DNA of 32,000 bases from Mycobacterium tuberculosis H37Rv (GTDB lineage Bacteria; Actinomycetota; Actinomycetes; Mycobacteriales; Mycobacteriaceae). Every line of letters starts with the position of its first letter. Within the stretch, counting starts at the first letter, position 1. Of the stretch, positions 29,369 through 32,000 are shown piece after piece. The DNA is taken from contig NC_000962.3 in NCBI RefSeq assembly GCF_000195955.2, positions 2,460,001 through 2,492,000 of the forward strand. Direction: 5' to 3'. Under the pieces are notes generated by a model. It saw only the letters and a list, made by a program, of their open reading frames with translations. It searched no databases and was not told where the DNA came from. The position numbers were made by a program, and so were the translations under genes.

Positions 29369-32000
29369 TCAACTCCCGAACACTTTGCGCACTACCGCCT
29401 TTGCCCGCCGCGTCACCCGTAGGTAGTTGTCCAGGAATTCCCCACCGTCGTCGTTTCGCCAGCCGGCCGCGACCGCGACCGCATTGAGCTGGCGCCCGGG
29501 TCCCGGCAGCTGGTCGGTGGGCTTGCCGCGCACCAACACCAGCGCGTTGCGGGCCCGGGTGGCGGTCAGCCAGGCCTGACGGAGCAGCTCCACGTCGGCT
29601 GCGGGAACCAGATCGGCGGCCGCGATGACATCCAGGGATTGCAGCGTCGAGGTGTTGTGCAGGGCGGGAACCTGGTGCGCATGCTGTAGCTGCAGCAACT
29701 GCACGGTCCATTCGATGTCGGCCAGTCCGCCGCGGCCCAGTTTGGTGTGTGTGTTGGGGTCGGCACCGCGCGGCAACCGCTCGGACTCGATACGGGCCTT
29801 GATGCGGCGAATCTCGCGCACCGAGTCAGCGGACACACCGTCGGGCGGATACCGCGTTTTGTCGACCATCCGTAGGAATCGCTGACCCAACTCGGCATCG
29901 CCGGCAACCGCGTGTGCGCGTAGCAGGGCCTGGATCTCCCATGGCTGTGCCCACTGCTCGTAGTATGCGGCGTAGGACCCCAGGGTGCGGACCAGCGGAC
30001 CGTTGCGGCCCTCGGGTCGCAAATTGGCGTCGAGCTCCAGCGGCGGATCGACGCTGGGTGTCCCCAGCAGCGCCCGAACCCGCTCGGCGATCGATGTCGA
30101 CCATTTCACCGCCCGTGCATCGTCGACGCCGGTGGCCGGCTCACAGACGAACATCACGTCGGCATCCGACCCGTAGCCCAACTCGGCACCACCCAGCCGA
30201 CCCATGCCGATGACCGCGATGGCCGCCGGGGCGCGATCGTCGTCGGGAAGGCTGGCCCGGATCATGACGTCCAGCGCGGCCTGCAGCACCGCCACCCACA
30301 CCGACGTCAACGCCCGGCACACCTCGGTGACCTCGAGCAGGCCGAGCAGGTCCGCCGAACCGATGCGGGCCAGCTCTCGACGACGCAGCGTGCGCGCGCC
30401 GGCGATGGCCCGCTCCGGGTCGGGGTAGCGGCTCGCCGAGGCGATCAGCGCCCGAGCCACGGCGGCGGGCTCGGTCTCGAGCAGCTTCGGGCCCGCAGGC
30501 CCGTCCTCGTACTGCTGGATGACCCGCGGCGCGCGCATCAACAGATCCGGCACATACGCCGAGGTACCCAAGACATGCATGAGCCGCTTGGCCACCGCGG
30601 GCTTGTCCCGCAGCGTGGCCAGGTACCAGCTTTCGGTGGCCAGCGCCTCACTGAGCCGCCGGTAGGCCAGCAGTCCGCCGTCGGGATCGGGGGCATACGA
30701 CATCCAGTCCAGCAGCCTGGGCAGCAGCACCGACTGCACCCGTCCGCGCCGGCCGCTTTGATTGACCAACGCCGACATGTGTTTCAACGCGGTCTGCGGT
30801 CCCTCGTAGCCCAGCGCGGCCAGCCGGCGCCCCGCGGCCTCCAACGTCATGCCGTGGGCGATCTCCAACCCGGTCGGGCCGATCGATTCCAGCAGCGGTT
30901 GATAGAAGAGTTTGGTGTGTAACTTCGACACCCGCACGTTCTGCTTCTTGAGTTCCTCCCGCAGCACCCCGGCCGCATCGTTTCGGCCATCGGGCCGGAT
31001 GTGGGCCGCGCGCGCCAGCCAGCGCACTGCCTCCTCGTCTTCGGGATCGGGAAGCAGGTGGGTGCGCTTGAGCCGCTGCAACTGCAGTCGGTGCTCGAGC
31101 AGCCTGAGGAACTCATACGACGCGGTCATGTTCGCCGCGTCCTCACGCCCGATGTAGCCGCCTTCGCCCAACGCCGCCAATGCGTCCACCGTGGACGCCA
31201 CCCGTAACGACTCGTCGCTACGGGCATGAACCAGCTGCAGTAGCTGTACGGCGAACTCCACGTCGCGCAATCCGCCGCTGCCGAGTTTGAGCTCGCGGCC
31301 GCGGACATCGGCGGGCACCAGCTGCTCCACCCGCCGCCGCATGGCCTGCACCTCGACCACAAAGTCTTCGCGCTCGCAGGCTCGCCACACCATCGGCATC
31401 AAGGCGGTCAGGTAACGCTCGCCAAGTTCCGCGTCGCCAACGACTGGCCGTGCTTTCAGCAACGCCTGAAACTCCCAGGTCTTGGCCCAGCGCTGGTAGT
31501 AGGCGATGTGCGACTCGAGCGTACGGACCAGCTCCCCGTTGCGCCCCTCCGGACGCAGGGCGGCGTCCACCTCGAAAAAGGCCGCCGAGGCCACCCGCAT
31601 CATCTCGCTGGCCACGCGCGCGTTGCGCGGGTCGGAGCGCTCGGCAACGAATATGACATCGACGTCGCTGACGTAGTTCAGTTCGCGCGCACCGCACTTG
31701 CCCATCGCGATGACCGCCAGGCGCGGTGGCGGGTGCTCGCCGCACACGCTCGCCTCGGCCACGCGCAGCGCCGCCGCCAGAGCGGCGTCCGCGGCGTCCG
31801 CCAGGCGTGCGGCCACCACGGTGAATGGCAGCACCGGTTCGTCCTCGACCGTCGCGGCCAGGTCGAGAGCGGCCAGCATTAGCACGTAGTCGCGGTACTG
31901 GGTTCGCAATCGGTGCACGAGCGAGCCCGGCATACCCTCCGATTCCTCGACGCACTCGACGAACGACCGCTGCAGCTGGTCATGGGACGGCAGTGTGACC
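29369..32000 (-). CDS. glnE: Glutamine synthetase adenylyltransferase/adenylyl-removing enzyme GlnE; C-terminal ~877 codons, with the N-terminus beyond the window end (Rv2221c)
   Basis: Two nucleotidyltransferase domains, with [20 protein letters not shown] and [20 protein letters not shown]. The frame stays open upstream of the ORF-track Met at 31933 to the window edge. Stop TGA at 29371-29369. Confidence 0.95.
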   Translation of the reverse strand, partial: VTLPSHDQLQRSFVECVEESEGMPGSLVHRLRTQYRDYVLMLAALDLAATVEDEPVLPFTVVAARLADAADAALAAALRVAEASVCGEHPPPRLAVIAMGKCGARELNYVSDVDVIFVAERSDPRNARVASEMMRVASAAFFEVDAALRPEGRNGELVRTLESHIAYYQRWAKTWEFQALLKARPVVGDAELGERYLTALMPMVWRACEREDFVVEVQAMRRRVEQLVPADVRGRELKLGSGGLRDVEFAVQLLQLVHARSDESLRVASTVDALAALGEGGYIGREDAANMTASYEFLRLLEHRLQLQRLKRTHLLPDPEDEEAVRWLARAAHIRPDGRNDAAGVLREELKKQNVRVSKLHTKLFYQPLLESIGPTGLEIAHGMTLEAAGRRLAALGYEGPQTALKHMSALVNQSGRRGRVQSVLLPRLLDWMSYAPDPDGGLLAYRRLSEALATESWYLATLRDKPAVAKRLMHVLGTSAYVPDLLMRAPRVIQQYEDGPAGPKLLETEPAAVARALIASASRYPDPERAIAGARTLRRRELARIGSADLLGLLEVTEVCRALTSVWVAVLQAALDVMIRASLPDDDRAPAAIAVIGMGRLGGAELGYGSDADVMFVCEPATGVDDARAVKWSTSIAERVRALLGTPSVDPPLELDANLRPEGRNGPLVRTLGSYAAYYEQWAQPWEIQALLRAHAVAGDAELGQRFLRMVDKTRYPPDGVSADSVREIRRIKARIESERLPRGADPNTHTKLGRGGLADIEWTVQLLQLQHAHQVPALHNTSTLQSLDVIAAADLVPAADVELLRQAWLTATRARNALVLVRGKPTDQLPGPGRQLNAVAVAAGWRNDDGGEFLDNYLRVTRRAKAVVRKVFGS

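Overview
GC-rich actinobacterial chromosome. I recognise it as Mycobacterium tuberculosis complex core genome, the interval from qcrB (Rv2196) to glnE (Rv2221c). From memory this is about 2.46-2.49 Mb in H37Rv; confirm by alignment. Twenty-seven protein-coding genes tile almost the whole window. They cover respiration (qcrB, ctaC, ctaF), asnB, adenosine kinase, cobT-cobS, ilvE, gcvT, a class III adenylyl cyclase, pepB, ephD, the lipoylation cluster dlaT-Rv2216-lipB-lipA, and glnA1 converging on glnE. Interspersed are conserved membrane proteins of unknown function: Rv2197c, MmpS3, Rv2203, Rv2206, Rv2209, Rv2219 and Rv2219A. Start codons were chosen from SD sites, leaderless-type -10 geometry, overlaps and remembered H37Rv protein lengths, not from the longest ORF. 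The only substantial non-coding element is three exact 57-bp tandem repeats (ETR-B / VNTR-2461 type) filling the gap between the convergent qcrB and Rv2197c. I found no rRNA, tRNA, CRISPR array, IS element, prophage, toxin-antitoxin pair or compositionally foreign island. I see no evidence for a new multi-gene system; this looks like an ordinary housekeeping region. The best second-look items are: (1) the orphan mmpS3-Rv2197c pair embedded in the respiratory gene cluster; (2) the uncharacterised Rv2216 coupled to dlaT ahead of lipB-lipA; (3) a phased GlnR-box-like repeat upstream of glnA1; (4) a long structured glnA1-glnE convergent spacer; (5) hairpins in the VNTR and in the asnB/adoK spacer; (6) a 75-bp convergent CDS overlap (Rv2209/ilvE); (7) divergent start codons only 8 bp apart (gcvT/Rv2212). 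All regulatory calls are sequence-pattern predictions only.
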